Shown here one piece after another: positions 29,770-40,138 of a stretch of 64,000 bases of DNA (position 1 is its first letter; every line of letters starts with the position of its first letter). The position numbers and the translations under genes are program-made. The stretch spans positions 50,076 to 114,075 of the forward strand of contig JBJOKS010000020.1 of the NCBI GenBank assembly GCA_046045965.1, in the 5' to 3' direction. Under the pieces are notes generated by a model. The model made no database searches and was not told the DNA's origin. It saw nothing but the letters and a program-made list of their open reading frames with translations. Source of the DNA: Cyanobacteriota bacterium (GTDB taxonomy: Bacteria > Cyanobacteriota > Cyanobacteriia > Cyanobacteriales > Nostocaceae).

Positions 29770-31650
29770 TTACTTATTTTCCACAAAATCAGCATCAATC
29801 ACATCTTCACTCTGACTACTTCCATGACTACTTCCATCAGGACTTCCCGCTTGAGCATAAACCGCACTACCAATTTGCATCAAGGTTTGCTGTAATTCAC
29901 CGCTAAGAGACTTAATGCGGTCAAAATTATCTTGATTGATAGCTGACCGCAAATCCTTGACTAACTCTTCAACTCGACTTTGATCAGTAGCACTGACCTT
30001 ATCACCCAAGTCTCGGATTTGTTTCTCAGCTTGATAAACTAAAGAATCAGCCAAATTCTTGGTGTCAATTTGTTCACGTCGTCTTCTATCTTCCTCCGCA
30101 TGAGATTCTGCATCCCGCACCATTTTTTCGACATCCCGCTTATCAAGAGTAGAAGCACCAGTAATAGAAATTGACTGCTGTTTATTAGTAGCTTTATCCT
30201 TAGCAGTAACTGACAGAATACCATTAGCATCAATGTCAAAAGTCACATCAATTTGTGGTACACCTCTTGGTGCTGGAGGAATACCATCAAGGCGAAAATT
30301 ACCTAAACTCTTATTATCTTTAGCGAATTCTCTCTCACCTTGTAAAACGTGAACTTCTACATTACTTTGACCATCAGCCGCAGTAGAAAAAATTTCTGAT
30401 TTCTTCACTGGGATAGTAGTATTGCGGCCAATAATTTTAGTCATCACACCGCCAAGAGTTTCCACACCCAAAGACAAAGGAGTGACATCAAGCAGTAAAA
30501 TATCTTTGACTTCACCAGATAAAACACCCGCTTGAATAGCTGCACCCACCGCTACAACTTCATCAGGATTCACACCTTGACAGGGGTCTTTAGCCGTCAT
30601 ACGTCGCACCAATTCTTGTACAGCGGGAATGCGAGTAGAACCACCAACTAAGACAATTTCATCAAGTTGAGCATTTGTTAGTTTTGCATCTTGCAGTGCT
30701 TGTTGGACTGGTTGACGACAACGATCTAAAAGATCCCCTATCATCTCCTCAAATTTACCCCGTGTCAGCATCATATCCAAGTGTTTTGGACCTGCTTGGG
30801 TAGCGGTAATAAAGGGTAAATTAATATTAGTTTGAGTGGCGCTAGAAAGTTCAATCTTGGCCTTTTCCGCAGCTTCTGTCAATCTTTGTAAAGCTTGTTT
30901 ATCTTTACGTAAATCAATGCCTTCATTACTTTGAAACTCATTAGCTAACCAATCAACAATCTTTTTATCAAAGTCATCACCACCTAAATGAGTATCCCCA
31001 CTCGTAGATTTAACTTCAAAAACACCATCCCCAACTTCCAAAATAGAAACATCAAAAGTACCGCCACCAAGATCAAATACTAAGATAGTTTCATTTTCCT
31101 TTTTATCCAAACCATAAGCCAAAGCTGCTGCTGTTGGTTCGTTGATAATGCGAAGAACATCTAAACCAGCAATTTTACCCGCATCTTTAGTAGCTTGGCG
31201 TTGAGAATCGTTAAAATAAGCAGGAACTGTAATCACCGCTTGAGTAACTTTTTCCCCTAAATATTTACTAGCATCATCAACCAACTTCCTTAACACCTGG
31301 GCAGAAATTTCTTCCGGTGCAAATTGTTTATTTACTGCGGGACAATTGAGTTTTACATTTCCATTACTATCTCGCAGAGTTCTATAAGAAACTTCCGTAG
31401 CTTCATGGGTGATTTCTTCATATTTTCTCCCAATGAAACGTTTAACAGAATAAAATGTATTTTCTGGGTTCATTACCGCTTGTCGTCTAGCAATTTGACC
31501 TACCAAGCGTTCCCCGCTTTTAGTGTAAGCGACAACTGAAGGAGTAATGCGTTGTCCTTCAGAATTGGCAATTACTAAAGGTTGCCCTCCTTCCATCACC
31601 GCAACACAAGAATTAGTAGTTCCTAAATCAATTCCTACTACTTTGGCCAT
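29770..31650 (-). CDS. dnaK: Molecular chaperone DnaK (Hsp70) paralog
   Basis: [26 protein letters not shown]-terminal VIDADF. Confidence 0.97.
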   Translation of the reverse strand: MAKVVGIDLGTTNSCVAVMEGGQPLVIANSEGQRITPSVVAYTKSGERLVGQIARRQAVMNPENTFYSVKRFIGRKYEEITHEATEVSYRTLRDSNGNVKLNCPAVNKQFAPEEISAQVLRKLVDDASKYLGEKVTQAVITVPAYFNDSQRQATKDAGKIAGLDVLRIINEPTAAALAYGLDKKENETILVFDLGGGTFDVSILEVGDGVFEVKSTSGDTHLGGDDFDKKIVDWLANEFQSNEGIDLRKDKQALQRLTEAAEKAKIELSSATQTNINLPFITATQAGPKHLDMMLTRGKFEEMIGDLLDRCRQPVQQALQDAKLTNAQLDEIVLVGGSTRIPAVQELVRRMTAKDPCQGVNPDEVVAVGAAIQAGVLSGEVKDILLLDVTPLSLGVETLGGVMTKIIGRNTTIPVKKSEIFSTAADGQSNVEVHVLQGEREFAKDNKSLGNFRLDGIPPAPRGVPQIDVTFDIDANGILSVTAKDKATNKQQSISITGASTLDKRDVEKMVRDAESHAEEDRRRREQIDTKNLADSLVYQAEKQIRDLGDKVSATDQSRVEELVKDLRSAINQDNFDRIKSLSGELQQTLMQIGSAVYAQAGSPDGSSHGSSQSEDVIDADFVENK

Positions 31651-31682
31651 AGTTTCCCCCTGGACTTGAGTAGAAGTTTTTA

Positions 31683-31879
31683 TCTCGTTCCCAGTCTCAG
31701 ACTGGGAATGCTATTCAGAGTCTCTGACTCTTTCTTCATAAACACAGAGCCTTGATAATTCATTCCCATTCTCTCGTTCCTAGTCTCAGACTGGGAATGC
31801 AATTACAGAGTCTCTGACTCTGCTATCAATCAAGGCAGAGCCTTGAAAATTCATTCCCATACAGAGTATGGGAACGAGA
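31683..31879. repeat. Tandemly duplicated REP/REPIN-like palindromic element (89-nt period)
   Basis: Units start at 31683 and 31772 (TCTCGTTCC(C/T)AGTCTCAGACTGGGAATGC); the second closes with the inverted GGAACGAGA. Confidence 0.8.
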
Positions 31880-31893
31880 AAATAGCTAAAAAA

Positions 31894-32388
31894 TTAACCG
31901 AGATTAACTTTGAAAGCTTTTTGTTTTTCCGGTTCTGCTTTCGGCAAGTTCAACCGCAAAATACCATCTTTATATTCAGCTTGAACTTGTTCATGCTGCA
32001 CAATAGAAGGCAATGGTATTACCCGTTGGAATTTACCATAACGAAATTCTGAACGAGTGTAACCTTCTCTTTCGGTTGTAGTTTCAGATTTCCTTTCACC
32101 AGTAATAGAAACAGCTTCAGGAGTTACTTCAACGTTAACATCTTTAGCTTCTAAACCAGGTAGTTCTAGTTTCAATTTAAAAGCATCATCAGTTTCTTCC
32201 AGTTCAGCCGCAGGAATAAATGTTAATCCTGTTCTTTCACCTCCATCACCTGGTATCATTCTTTCAAACAAGCGATTCATCCGCCGTTGGAGGGTATCAA
32301 TTTCGCGGAAAGGGTCCCAGCGTTCAAGTTCGCGGAATGGTTCTAAGCGTTCAATATCGCGGATGGGGTCCCAACGAACTAGTGCCAT
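31894..32388 (-). CDS. hspA: Small heat-shock protein (Hsp20/alpha-crystallin)
   Basis: ELPG, SITGER, RSEFRYGKFQRVIPLP, AEYKDGIL motifs. Confidence 0.93.
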   Translation of the reverse strand: MALVRWDPIRDIERLEPFRELERWDPFREIDTLQRRMNRLFERMIPGDGGERTGLTFIPAAELEETDDAFKLKLELPGLEAKDVNVEVTPEAVSITGERKSETTTEREGYTRSEFRYGKFQRVIPLPSIVQHEQVQAEYKDGILRLNLPKAEPEKQKAFKVNLG

Positions 32389-32545
32389 ATCTATCTCCTA
32401 TACAATGCTGTATTTGGCTGGCGGAGGCTTAATTTCAAGCTTCACAGATGGCAAACAATACTCGTATTTTTTAAATCTTTGACTGCGTGAAGCTTAGTCT
32501 TTTGCTTCCTAAATAAACAATAACACCAAGATTTTAATTTAGGAT

Positions 32546-32583
32546 GTTCGGTTTTATAGATAGGTTAATGGCAATAGCCGTAC
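32546..32583. promoter_or_regulatory. Possible K-box/Rre1-type GTNCGG half-sites upstream of hspA-dnaK
   Basis: GTTCGG (32546-32551) and inverted CCGTAC (32578-32583); spacing is not canonical. Confidence 0.35.
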
Positions 32584-32740
32584 CTGTTTTATCCTTTCAC
32601 AATTTGTTACAAAATTATAGATAATAAATACATCTTTAGATAGTTGTGAATCTGTCTAATTTTTTTTTAGATAATCTTGAACAATTGCATGCAGATAAAC
32701 ACAAATGAAGAAAGTGATAAATTGTTCACTTCCCATACAA

Positions 32741-33499
32741 TTAATATTGTTTCTGTATTTGTTGATAAATAGTTTTTAGTAAAAGCTTTTCATGAGAACG
32801 AATAAAAAAATGATTGCCTTCCAGCTTATGTAAAGAAAAATTAGCAAGAGTTTGTTCTTGCCATGCTTCTAGTTCATAATCAATAAATTCTGTATCTTGC
32901 AACCCACCAAAAACACTAATAGGAATATTAAAAGGTGGTTGATGTGTATAAACATAAGTATCTAAAACCGTAAAATCAGCCCGGAGAATAGGTAGAAAAA
33001 TTTGGATCATTTCTTGATTTTCCATGACATCATCAGGAGTACCATTATAATTGCGGATTTCTTGCCAAAACTCGGCATCTGGTAAGTTGTAAATTTTTCT
33101 TTTTGTGGGTGTAACTTGTGGTGCGTTGCGAGCAGAGATAAATAAATGCAAGGGAGTCAAATTATACTCTGATCGTAGTAACCGAGTTAATTCAAAGCTG
33201 ACAAGTCCACCCATACTATGACCAAAAATAGCAAAAGGTTTATCTAGATAGGGGATGAGATTTTGGGCTATTTCCCTCACCAAAGGTTGCATTTCTGTAT
33301 AGAGAGGTAATTTAATTTGTCTTCCCCTTCCAGGAAGTTCTATGGGACATACTTCGATGGTTGGAGGTAAAGAATTATGCCAGGTACGAAATATCATGGC
33401 ACTACCTCCTGCGTAGGGTAAGCAGAATAAGCGTAATTCGGCGTTGGGGTTGGGCTTGGGACAAGTTACCCAGGAGTTGAAGGTGGTTTTGGTGGTCAT
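32741..33499 (-). CDS. Type II thioesterase
   Basis: LFCLPYAGG, ELPGRG, GHSMG, LRADF, GNHFF motifs. Confidence 0.92.
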   Translation of the reverse strand: MTTKTTFNSWVTCPKPNPNAELRLFCLPYAGGSAMIFRTWHNSLPPTIEVCPIELPGRGRQIKLPLYTEMQPLVREIAQNLIPYLDKPFAIFGHSMGGLVSFELTRLLRSEYNLTPLHLFISARNAPQVTPTKRKIYNLPDAEFWQEIRNYNGTPDDVMENQEMIQIFLPILRADFTVLDTYVYTHQPPFNIPISVFGGLQDTEFIDYELEAWQEQTLANFSLHKLEGNHFFIRSHEKLLLKTIYQQIQKQY

Positions 33500-33606
33500 G
33501 ATGGGGTTGAGGTGGGGATAATAAGATTTAACTGGGTTTTTTAGATATATTCACTGTCAGACAGTTAGTAGATATATTATCAATATGTTTTGCAAATGTA
33601 TATTCT

Positions 33607-33744
33607 GTGTCTAAATTCAAATCACTAGAATTATTTACAGGTGCTGGGGGTTTAGCGATGGGATGCACTCGCGCTAATTTCCATCATCAAGCACTTGTGG
33701 AACGAGATAAACATAGTTGTCAATGTTTAGGTGAACAGACATAG
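33607..33744 (+). pseudogene. 5' remnant of a C5-cytosine DNA methyltransferase
   Basis: GTG-started frame (M)SKFKSLELFTGAGGLAMGCTRANFHHQALVERDKHSCQCL carries motif I (FxGxGG) and the motif II Glu, then stops. Confidence 0.75.
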
Positions 33745-33798
33745 AAGCTAACTGGGGAATCATACCCCAGCAATTTTTGGCTTATATTGTTCTACTTC

Positions 33799-34488
33799 TT
33801 AACTCAATAATAATTCATCACGGTTGTAAACAACGGTGTAACCTTTCTTTTTCGCCAATTCAACTAAATTTAAACCATCAGTTCTTTGACTTTTTTCAGC
33901 AGTAGTGTGTCTTCCGGCTATTCCTTTGGGAAGATACCACATTTCCCCACCACCTAAAATCACATCTGCACCAGATTCTACTATTTGTTTGGTGATATCT
34001 GCAAAATTACGACGACTGGGAGATTTTGCTAAAAATGCCGCTGTTCCCGGTTCATGAATCATGCCAGAATTAATAATAGCGGTAGCTTTACCCGCACTCA
34101 TGGCTTCTTCCATAATTGTCTGCGGTTTCCCAGAAAGTACCACTATTGGTTTACCGTTTTCATCCAAACCGAAAGAGTCAGCATTTACCTTTACTCCGGT
34201 AGCATGAGTTACTGCACCACCATTGGAAGTTGCGGAGAGTTGGTTTTTCATGTGTCCCAGGTAAACAGCCAAATTTGACATTTTATCCCAGTTTAATCTG
34301 CCATCTGCACCTTGAAAAAGTATTCTGGTAGCACCCCAATGAGCCGCACTTGTACCATCTGGATGTATAAAGATAACATTACCTTGGATAGAGGTATTAT
34401 TGGCTAAGAGATGTGGTGTACAACTCAGGACAGATATCAAAGCCAAAAGTAAGAAACCGATAACTTTTGTATTCAGTCTTCGTAACAT
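33799..34488 (-). pseudogene. C-terminally truncated alkaline phosphatase (PhoA family)
   Basis: Signal peptide, IFIHPDG, ATSNGGA...ATGVK, DVILGGG; ends at 229 aa, before the C-terminal metal-ligand region. Confidence 0.75.
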
Positions 34489-34604
34489 TGCTTTACATTT
34501 AAAGTATTAGTACAATCAAAAAGCTTGTTTCACAATTCATACTCTAATGGGTGATGATCAAGAAATCGTCATCACAAGCAAAATTCTATAGCAGCAAAAT
34601 CACT

Positions 34605-36041
34605 ATGCAGACAATTGATAAAAAGTCAACTAAAAAAACTTGGGCAAAAGCCATATCCCAACCAGCAACCGAATTTCCTCCCACGCAATTACCAATTATT
34701 GCTGGTAAAATTCCCGATGGGTTACGAGGTACACTTTACCGCAATGGACCAGGAAGACTAGAACGGGGTGGTGTGTCAGTAGGACATTGGTTTGATGGAG
34801 ATGGAGCTATTTTAGCTGTCCATTTTACCGATGCAGGTGCTACCGGGGTTTATCGTTATGTGCAGACTGCTGGTTATAAACAAGAGGAAGCAGCAGGAAA
34901 ATTACTGTATGGCAATTATGGCATGACTGCACCGGGAATAATTTGGAATCAGTGGATAAAACCAGTAAAAAATGCTGCTAATACATCGGTTTTGGCACTT
35001 CCCGATAAACTTTTAGCTTTGTGGGAAGGTGGAAAACCTCATGCTTTAGATTTACAAAGTTTAGAAACTTGGGGTGAAGATGATTTAAGTGGTTTAACTA
35101 ATGGTTTAAGTTATTCTGCACACTATAAACAAGATGCTATCACAGGAGAGATTTTTAATTTTGGTGTTACTCCGGGATTAAATGGCACATTGAATGTTTA
35201 TAAAAGTGACTATTCAGGCAAAATTATCCAAAGAGTTGCCTATCCTCTGAATGGAGTACCATTAATTCATGATTTTGTTTTAGCAGGAGAGTATTTAATA
35301 TTTTTTATTAACCCTGTTCGTCTTAATTTAGTTCCGGTGTTATTAGGTTTGAGTAATTATAGCGATTGTTTAGAGTGGCAACCCTATTTAGGTACTAAAA
35401 TTATGGTATTTGATCGGGAAACATTATCTTTAGTGAGTCAAGGAGAAACTGAACCTTGGTTTAATTGGCACTTTACTAATGGTTATGTTGATGATAGTGG
35501 TACTGTAATTGTTGATTTTGCTAAATATGCAGATTTTCAAACTAATGAATATTTGCGCCAAGTAGCAACTGGAGAAACTCAAACAGTTGCTAAAACCATC
35601 TTGACGCGGGTACAAATTAATCCGCAAACTGGCAAAGTAATAGAAATTGAAACTTTGTTAAATAGAACTTGTGAATTTCCCTCTGTTCCTGCCAAAAATG
35701 TCGGTAAATTCTCTCGTTATAGCTATATGTCTATTTTTCGGGCAGGAACGGATATTGAGGGAGAAATTTTAAATTGTATTGCTGGTTTTGATCATCAAAC
35801 TGGAACGTTGACAGAAGCAAACTTAGAAGAAAATCTTTATCCTTCTGAACCTCTTCATGTTCAAGATACTCAAAACTCTGACCAAGGTTGGGTGTTGACA
35901 GTGGTTTATGATGGTAATACGGATAGTAGCGAAGTTTGGATATTTGATAGCCAACGCTTGAACGAAGAACCAGTTTGTAAACTCAGACTACCCAATGTTA
36001 TTCCCCATAGTTTCCACGGGACTTGGAAAACTAGGGAATAG
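34605..36041 (+). CDS. Carotenoid cleavage oxygenase (RPE65 family)
   Basis: RNGPG, HWFDGDG, SAH, IHDF, WH, EFP, SFHG. Likely start MQTI at 34605 (ORF track start 34551). Confidence 0.92.
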   Translation: MQTIDKKSTKKTWAKAISQPATEFPPTQLPIIAGKIPDGLRGTLYRNGPGRLERGGVSVGHWFDGDGAILAVHFTDAGATGVYRYVQTAGYKQEEAAGKLLYGNYGMTAPGIIWNQWIKPVKNAANTSVLALPDKLLALWEGGKPHALDLQSLETWGEDDLSGLTNGLSYSAHYKQDAITGEIFNFGVTPGLNGTLNVYKSDYSGKIIQRVAYPLNGVPLIHDFVLAGEYLIFFINPVRLNLVPVLLGLSNYSDCLEWQPYLGTKIMVFDRETLSLVSQGETEPWFNWHFTNGYVDDSGTVIVDFAKYADFQTNEYLRQVATGETQTVAKTILTRVQINPQTGKVIEIETLLNRTCEFPSVPAKNVGKFSRYSYMSIFRAGTDIEGEILNCIAGFDHQTGTLTEANLEENLYPSEPLHVQDTQNSDQGWVLTVVYDGNTDSSEVWIFDSQRLNEEPVCKLRLPNVIPHSFHGTWKTRE

Positions 36042-36055
36042 AGAATATTTTTCTT

Positions 36056-36096
<41 letters not shown>

Positions 36097-36148
36097 TGAA
36101 CTCATAAAATGATTTAGGATTCTTAATATATCTTTATACAATGATTCG

Positions 36149-36991
36149 ATGTTAACACTACAACATCCCCAGAAAACAAAACCAGGGTGGTCTTTGGACG
36201 AACGAGATCCAAAGTTCATGGAAAGTCTCATGCCTGTATTGGGCATTTTATACAACTACTATTTTCGAGTCCAAACCAGTGGCTGGGAAAATATCCCAGA
36301 GGGAAAAGTCCTTGTTGTTGCTTCCCACAATGGCGGTTTGGCATCCCCGGATACATCTATGATGATGTACGACTGGTTACGTCGGTTTGGTACGCAAAGA
36401 CCAATTTACGGTTTGATGCACCCGAAAGTTTGGGAAGTTTTTCCCCCAGCAGCAGAAATGGCCATGAAAGGTGGCGCTGTTATGGCTCATCCGAAAATGG
36501 CTTATGCGGCTTTTCGTGCGGGTGCTAGTGTGTTGGTTTATCCTGGAGGTGCGGAGGATGTGTTTCGACCTCATCAAATGCGGGATAAAATCTATTTTGC
36601 TGAACGTCGGGGTTTTATTAAGTTAGCACTGCGGGAAAATGTCCCTATTGTTCCGGCTATTTCCTGGGGGGCGCATGATACCCTGATTGTATTGGCTGAT
36701 TTATATAAAATTATGCAGCAATTGCACCAGTGGGGGATGCCTTGGCTGTTTGATGTTGATCCTTTGGTGTTTCCTGTTTATTTGGGTTTACCTTGGGGTT
36801 TAGCGGTTGGACCATTGCCGAATATTCCTTTGCCAGCGCGTATTTATACCAGAGTTTGTCCACCTATTGTTTTTGAACGCTATGGAAGAGAAGCCGCCAG
36901 CGATCGCAATTATGTTAATCAATGTTATGAATTAGTGAAAAGCCAGATGCAGCAAGAGTTAGATAACTTGATCAAAGTAGCTAATAAATAA
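36149..36991 (+). CDS. Lysophospholipid/diacylglycerol acyltransferase family protein
   Basis: SHNGG...D, YPGG, RGFIKLA, PIVP motifs. Confidence 0.85.
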   Translation: MLTLQHPQKTKPGWSLDERDPKFMESLMPVLGILYNYYFRVQTSGWENIPEGKVLVVASHNGGLASPDTSMMMYDWLRRFGTQRPIYGLMHPKVWEVFPPAAEMAMKGGAVMAHPKMAYAAFRAGASVLVYPGGAEDVFRPHQMRDKIYFAERRGFIKLALRENVPIVPAISWGAHDTLIVLADLYKIMQQLHQWGMPWLFDVDPLVFPVYLGLPWGLAVGPLPNIPLPARIYTRVCPPIVFERYGREAASDRNYVNQCYELVKSQMQQELDNLIKVANK

Positions 36992-37012
36992 GGAGTCAGG
37001 AGTCAGAAGGAA

Positions 37013-37050
37013 CCTGTTCCCTGTTCCCTGTTCCCTGTTCCCTGTTCCCT
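37013..37050. repeat. STRR array (CTGTTCC)n
   Basis: Direct reading. Confidence 0.9.
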
Positions 37051-37659
37051 TCAACCAATTGGAAAATTACCAGGGTTGACTGCATGAATAAATTCACTAC
37101 CTGAATGTGGTCTTCCGCGTTTATAAGCAGCTTCTTCTGGTTTTCCCCAACCCATCTGCAAAATTAATTCTAAAAAGTTCGAGTTTTCCCACTTTAAAAA
37201 ACTTGCCCATTCTGTTCTTTGGGCAATTCTTTCTACATCTAAAGTATTGATTTTTTCGTGGAGTTTGCCATTACTCACACTCAAATATAAATCCATTTCC
37301 GCTGTAATTTGATCCCAAAATTCCAGCATAGATTTTTTTGCAGATTTCAATATTTCCAAATCAGAGTTTAACGCTATTAACTGCGCGTCAACTTCTGGAT
37401 AATGCAAAGTTTTACCTTTCACCGTCAAATCTTTCCAAAGAATACCAGAAACTTGATTTTCCCGTTGATATTCATGAATAGAAGCTTTAAAATCTTGATA
37501 GGCAGTAAATTTTTGTAGTCCTTCAGTTGTGATAAACTGATCTATAACAGGATTGCCAGAGACTTTCACCTCTAACTTTAGGCGTTCTCCTTTCAAGCAA
37601 GCTAGACGTTCTGCTGCTAAAATTTCGATGAGTTCCTGGGTAGTATAAACTTTGTACAT
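37051..37659 (-). CDS. Hypothetical protein
   Basis: 202-aa ORF with protein-like composition; family not recognised. Confidence 0.7.
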   Translation of the reverse strand: MYKVYTTQELIEILAAERLACLKGERLKLEVKVSGNPVIDQFITTEGLQKFTAYQDFKASIHEYQRENQVSGILWKDLTVKGKTLHYPEVDAQLIALNSDLEILKSAKKSMLEFWDQITAEMDLYLSVSNGKLHEKINTLDVERIAQRTEWASFLKWENSNFLELILQMGWGKPEEAAYKRGRPHSGSEFIHAVNPGNFPIG

Positions 37660-37929
37660 CGCGGAACAACCTAATTATTGATTAGTTAGTGGTCATTAGT
37701 CATTAATCATTCATCATCTGTAATTTAAATATTATCTCCTGACAGCAACAGAAATGCCGTATCAGAACAAACGAAAAATTCATAACTTTATCTGCGTTTA
37801 TCTGCGTTTGATCATTATTAAAACCTAAACCTAGAACTTAATATACTTAAAAAAGTAGGGTGGGCATTGCCCACCATCACTTAATCAAAAAATTACTAAA
37901 TGCTTACAGATTCATTGACACATAAACCT

Positions 37930-38523
37930 CTACTGACTTAACTCACTGCTATATTCATTAAATGAACGCTGCTTAAACTCAATTGACTGATCACGAGGTA
38001 ACAAATTAAACACTTCTCTAAATTTGTTGTCTATCTCTTCAAAAGGTACTTGACCTTTTTTATTCAAGATTACATTACCCGACTGATCAAAAAGAACAAC
38101 TTGCGGTACAACTCCTGAATAGTAGTATCCTGGTTCTGTGGGGTCATAGCTTTCCTTGGTGGGGATAGTATCCACATTGATAGGGATAATTTCCGCAGCC
38201 CGTCCATAGAATGCTTGTGTTTGAGAAATAAAGACCGCATACTGTTTACAATCGCTGCTATCATCAACATAAAAAGCCAGCATTGCGGGTTTATGTTCTG
38301 CTAAAGTTTGCGCTAGAGTTAGTTTGGAAGGAACTAGGGAACCATTCCCAGCAAAAACCACGAAAATATTACCTTCGTATCTGTCATCCTTCATACCTGC
38401 AAAAGCTGGCTGTATACCTATAATAAACAGGCAAAGCAGCAATAATAGGCATTTTGTCACCAACTGTCGCCAGTTAGCAATTATTTTAGTTTGTAAAAAA
38501 AGCCACTTTATGCTATTCATCAA
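37930..38523 (-). CDS. Thylakoid thioredoxin-like protein (photosystem I accumulation factor family)
   Basis: Signal peptide, DDRYEGNIF..AGNGSLVP, degenerate SSDC site, VPQVV. Confidence 0.75.
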   Translation of the reverse strand: MMNSIKWLFLQTKIIANWRQLVTKCLLLLLCLFIIGIQPAFAGMKDDRYEGNIFVVFAGNGSLVPSKLTLAQTLAEHKPAMLAFYVDDSSDCKQYAVFISQTQAFYGRAAEIIPINVDTIPTKESYDPTEPGYYYSGVVPQVVLFDQSGNVILNKKGQVPFEEIDNKFREVFNLLPRDQSIEFKQRSFNEYSSELSQ

Positions 38524-38709
38524 CAGAAACCTTATTCAACACTTTGCCTAGATATATAATTACATCTAGCTGCTATTTTTTAACCATGACTTTTAGTGGT
38601 CTTATCACTCATAGCAATTTAAAATTTTTAATGTCTGGTATTTTTTGCCAAGATTCGCTACACTGGCAAGATTAATTTTGTAATTAAAGACTATTACTTA
38701 ACAACTGCT

Positions 38710-40047
38710 GTGGGAAAGAAAATACAACTTATAGATAGGGTTCGACTGGGTTTAGCAGTATCAATTGCTAAAAGTGTCACATTTTTGGTACGTTCTCTGG
38801 GTCTTGGTGCTGCTAGTGTATTACCAGGTTCTATTGCACGACGCATTGAACCGCGACTTTTACAGTTATTGAGTCAGCAGGTAAAAAACGGTGTAATTTT
38901 GATTGCGGGTACGAATGGGAAAACCACAACCGCGTTGTTATTATGTACAATTTTAGAACGTACAGGTTACAAAATTGCCCATAATTCGACTGGTGCAAAT
39001 TTAGAAAATGGTTTAGCGACTGCTTTAATTGAAAATACCAGTTTATTAGGTTCTTTAGATGTTGACTATGCAATTTTAGAAGTTGATGAAAATATCGTTC
39101 CCAAGATTTTAAAACCTCTGCAACCAAGAATTATTCTCTGTTTAAATTTATTCCGGGATCAACTTGATAGATATGGGGAAGTTGATACTATTAGCAAAAA
39201 ATGGACAAAGGTTATTTCGACTTTACCAGAGGAAACGGTAGTTATTCCCAATGCTGATGATCCGACTTTATCATATTTGGGTCAACAGTTAAATCAAAAG
39301 GTGTTGTTTTTTGGTTTAAATGAACCAGAACATTATTTAGAAGCAATTCCTCATGCAGTAGATTCTATTTATTGTCCCAGATGTGGACATTCTTTAGATT
39401 ATCAAGGTGTTTATCTTTCTCATTTAGGAGATTTTACCTGTCCTAGTTGCGGTTTTAGTAAGAGTAAACCAAGTTTAGAAAGTAGTGAATGGTCACAAAT
39501 TCTCGTTGGTTTATATAATAAATATAATACTTTAGCTGCTGCTACTGCTGCGAAAGAATTGGGAGTTGATGAAACCACAATTAGAGAAAGTATTAACAAT
39601 TTTCAAGCAGCTTTTGGACGTGCGGAAGATTTGGTAATTGATGGTAAAAAAGTGAGAATTTTGTTATCTAAAAATCCTGTAGGAACGAATGAAACTATTA
39701 GAGTAGTTACACAAAGTACGGATAAAACTACCTTGTTGGTTTTAAACGATCGCACACCTGACGGAACAGATGTATCTTGGATCTGGGATGTTGATACAGA
39801 AAAATTAGTTGAAAGAGGTGGAACATTGGTTGTAAGTGGCGATCGCGTGTATGATATGGCGTTAAGATTGCGTTATAGCGAAAAATCTATTGACAGTAAA
39901 ATTAACTTAATTGTCGAAGAAGATTTAAAGAAAGCTATTAACACAGCATTAGAACATACACCAGCAAATGAAACTTTACACATTCTTCCTACCTATTCAG
40001 CAATGTTAGAAGTGCGCGAGGTTTTAACGGGGAGGAAAATACTATAA
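38710..40047 (+). CDS. murT: MurT-like Mur ligase (DUF1727)
   Basis: GTNGKTTT, LEVDE, NLFRDQLDRYGE, CPRC..CPSC, DGTDVSWIWD, TYSAML. Confidence 0.9.
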   Translation: MGKKIQLIDRVRLGLAVSIAKSVTFLVRSLGLGAASVLPGSIARRIEPRLLQLLSQQVKNGVILIAGTNGKTTTALLLCTILERTGYKIAHNSTGANLENGLATALIENTSLLGSLDVDYAILEVDENIVPKILKPLQPRIILCLNLFRDQLDRYGEVDTISKKWTKVISTLPEETVVIPNADDPTLSYLGQQLNQKVLFFGLNEPEHYLEAIPHAVDSIYCPRCGHSLDYQGVYLSHLGDFTCPSCGFSKSKPSLESSEWSQILVGLYNKYNTLAAATAAKELGVDETTIRESINNFQAAFGRAEDLVIDGKKVRILLSKNPVGTNETIRVVTQSTDKTTLLVLNDRTPDGTDVSWIWDVDTEKLVERGGTLVVSGDRVYDMALRLRYSEKSIDSKINLIVEEDLKKAINTALEHTPANETLHILPTYSAMLEVREVLTGRKIL

Positions 40048-40048
40048 A

Positions 40049-40082
<34 letters not shown>

Positions 40083-40138
40083 AATTAGAGATAAAATAGA
40101 TCCCCTATTTCACCAAGAAGTCGGGGATCTAAATAAAC

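Noticed and set aside
31683..31879. Palindromic repeats as a mini-CRISPR
   Set aside because: Only two units, and the intervening sequences are also duplicated; fits a REP/REPIN-like element.
31843..32052. Short ORFs running through repeats (also 7251..7460, 36031..36255, 54180..54368, 62503..62715)
   Set aside because: Translations derive from STRR/REP repeats or the antisense strand of real genes.
32388..32740. CIRCE operator upstream of hspA-dnaK
   Set aside because: No TTAGCACTC-N9-GAGTGCTAA match seen.
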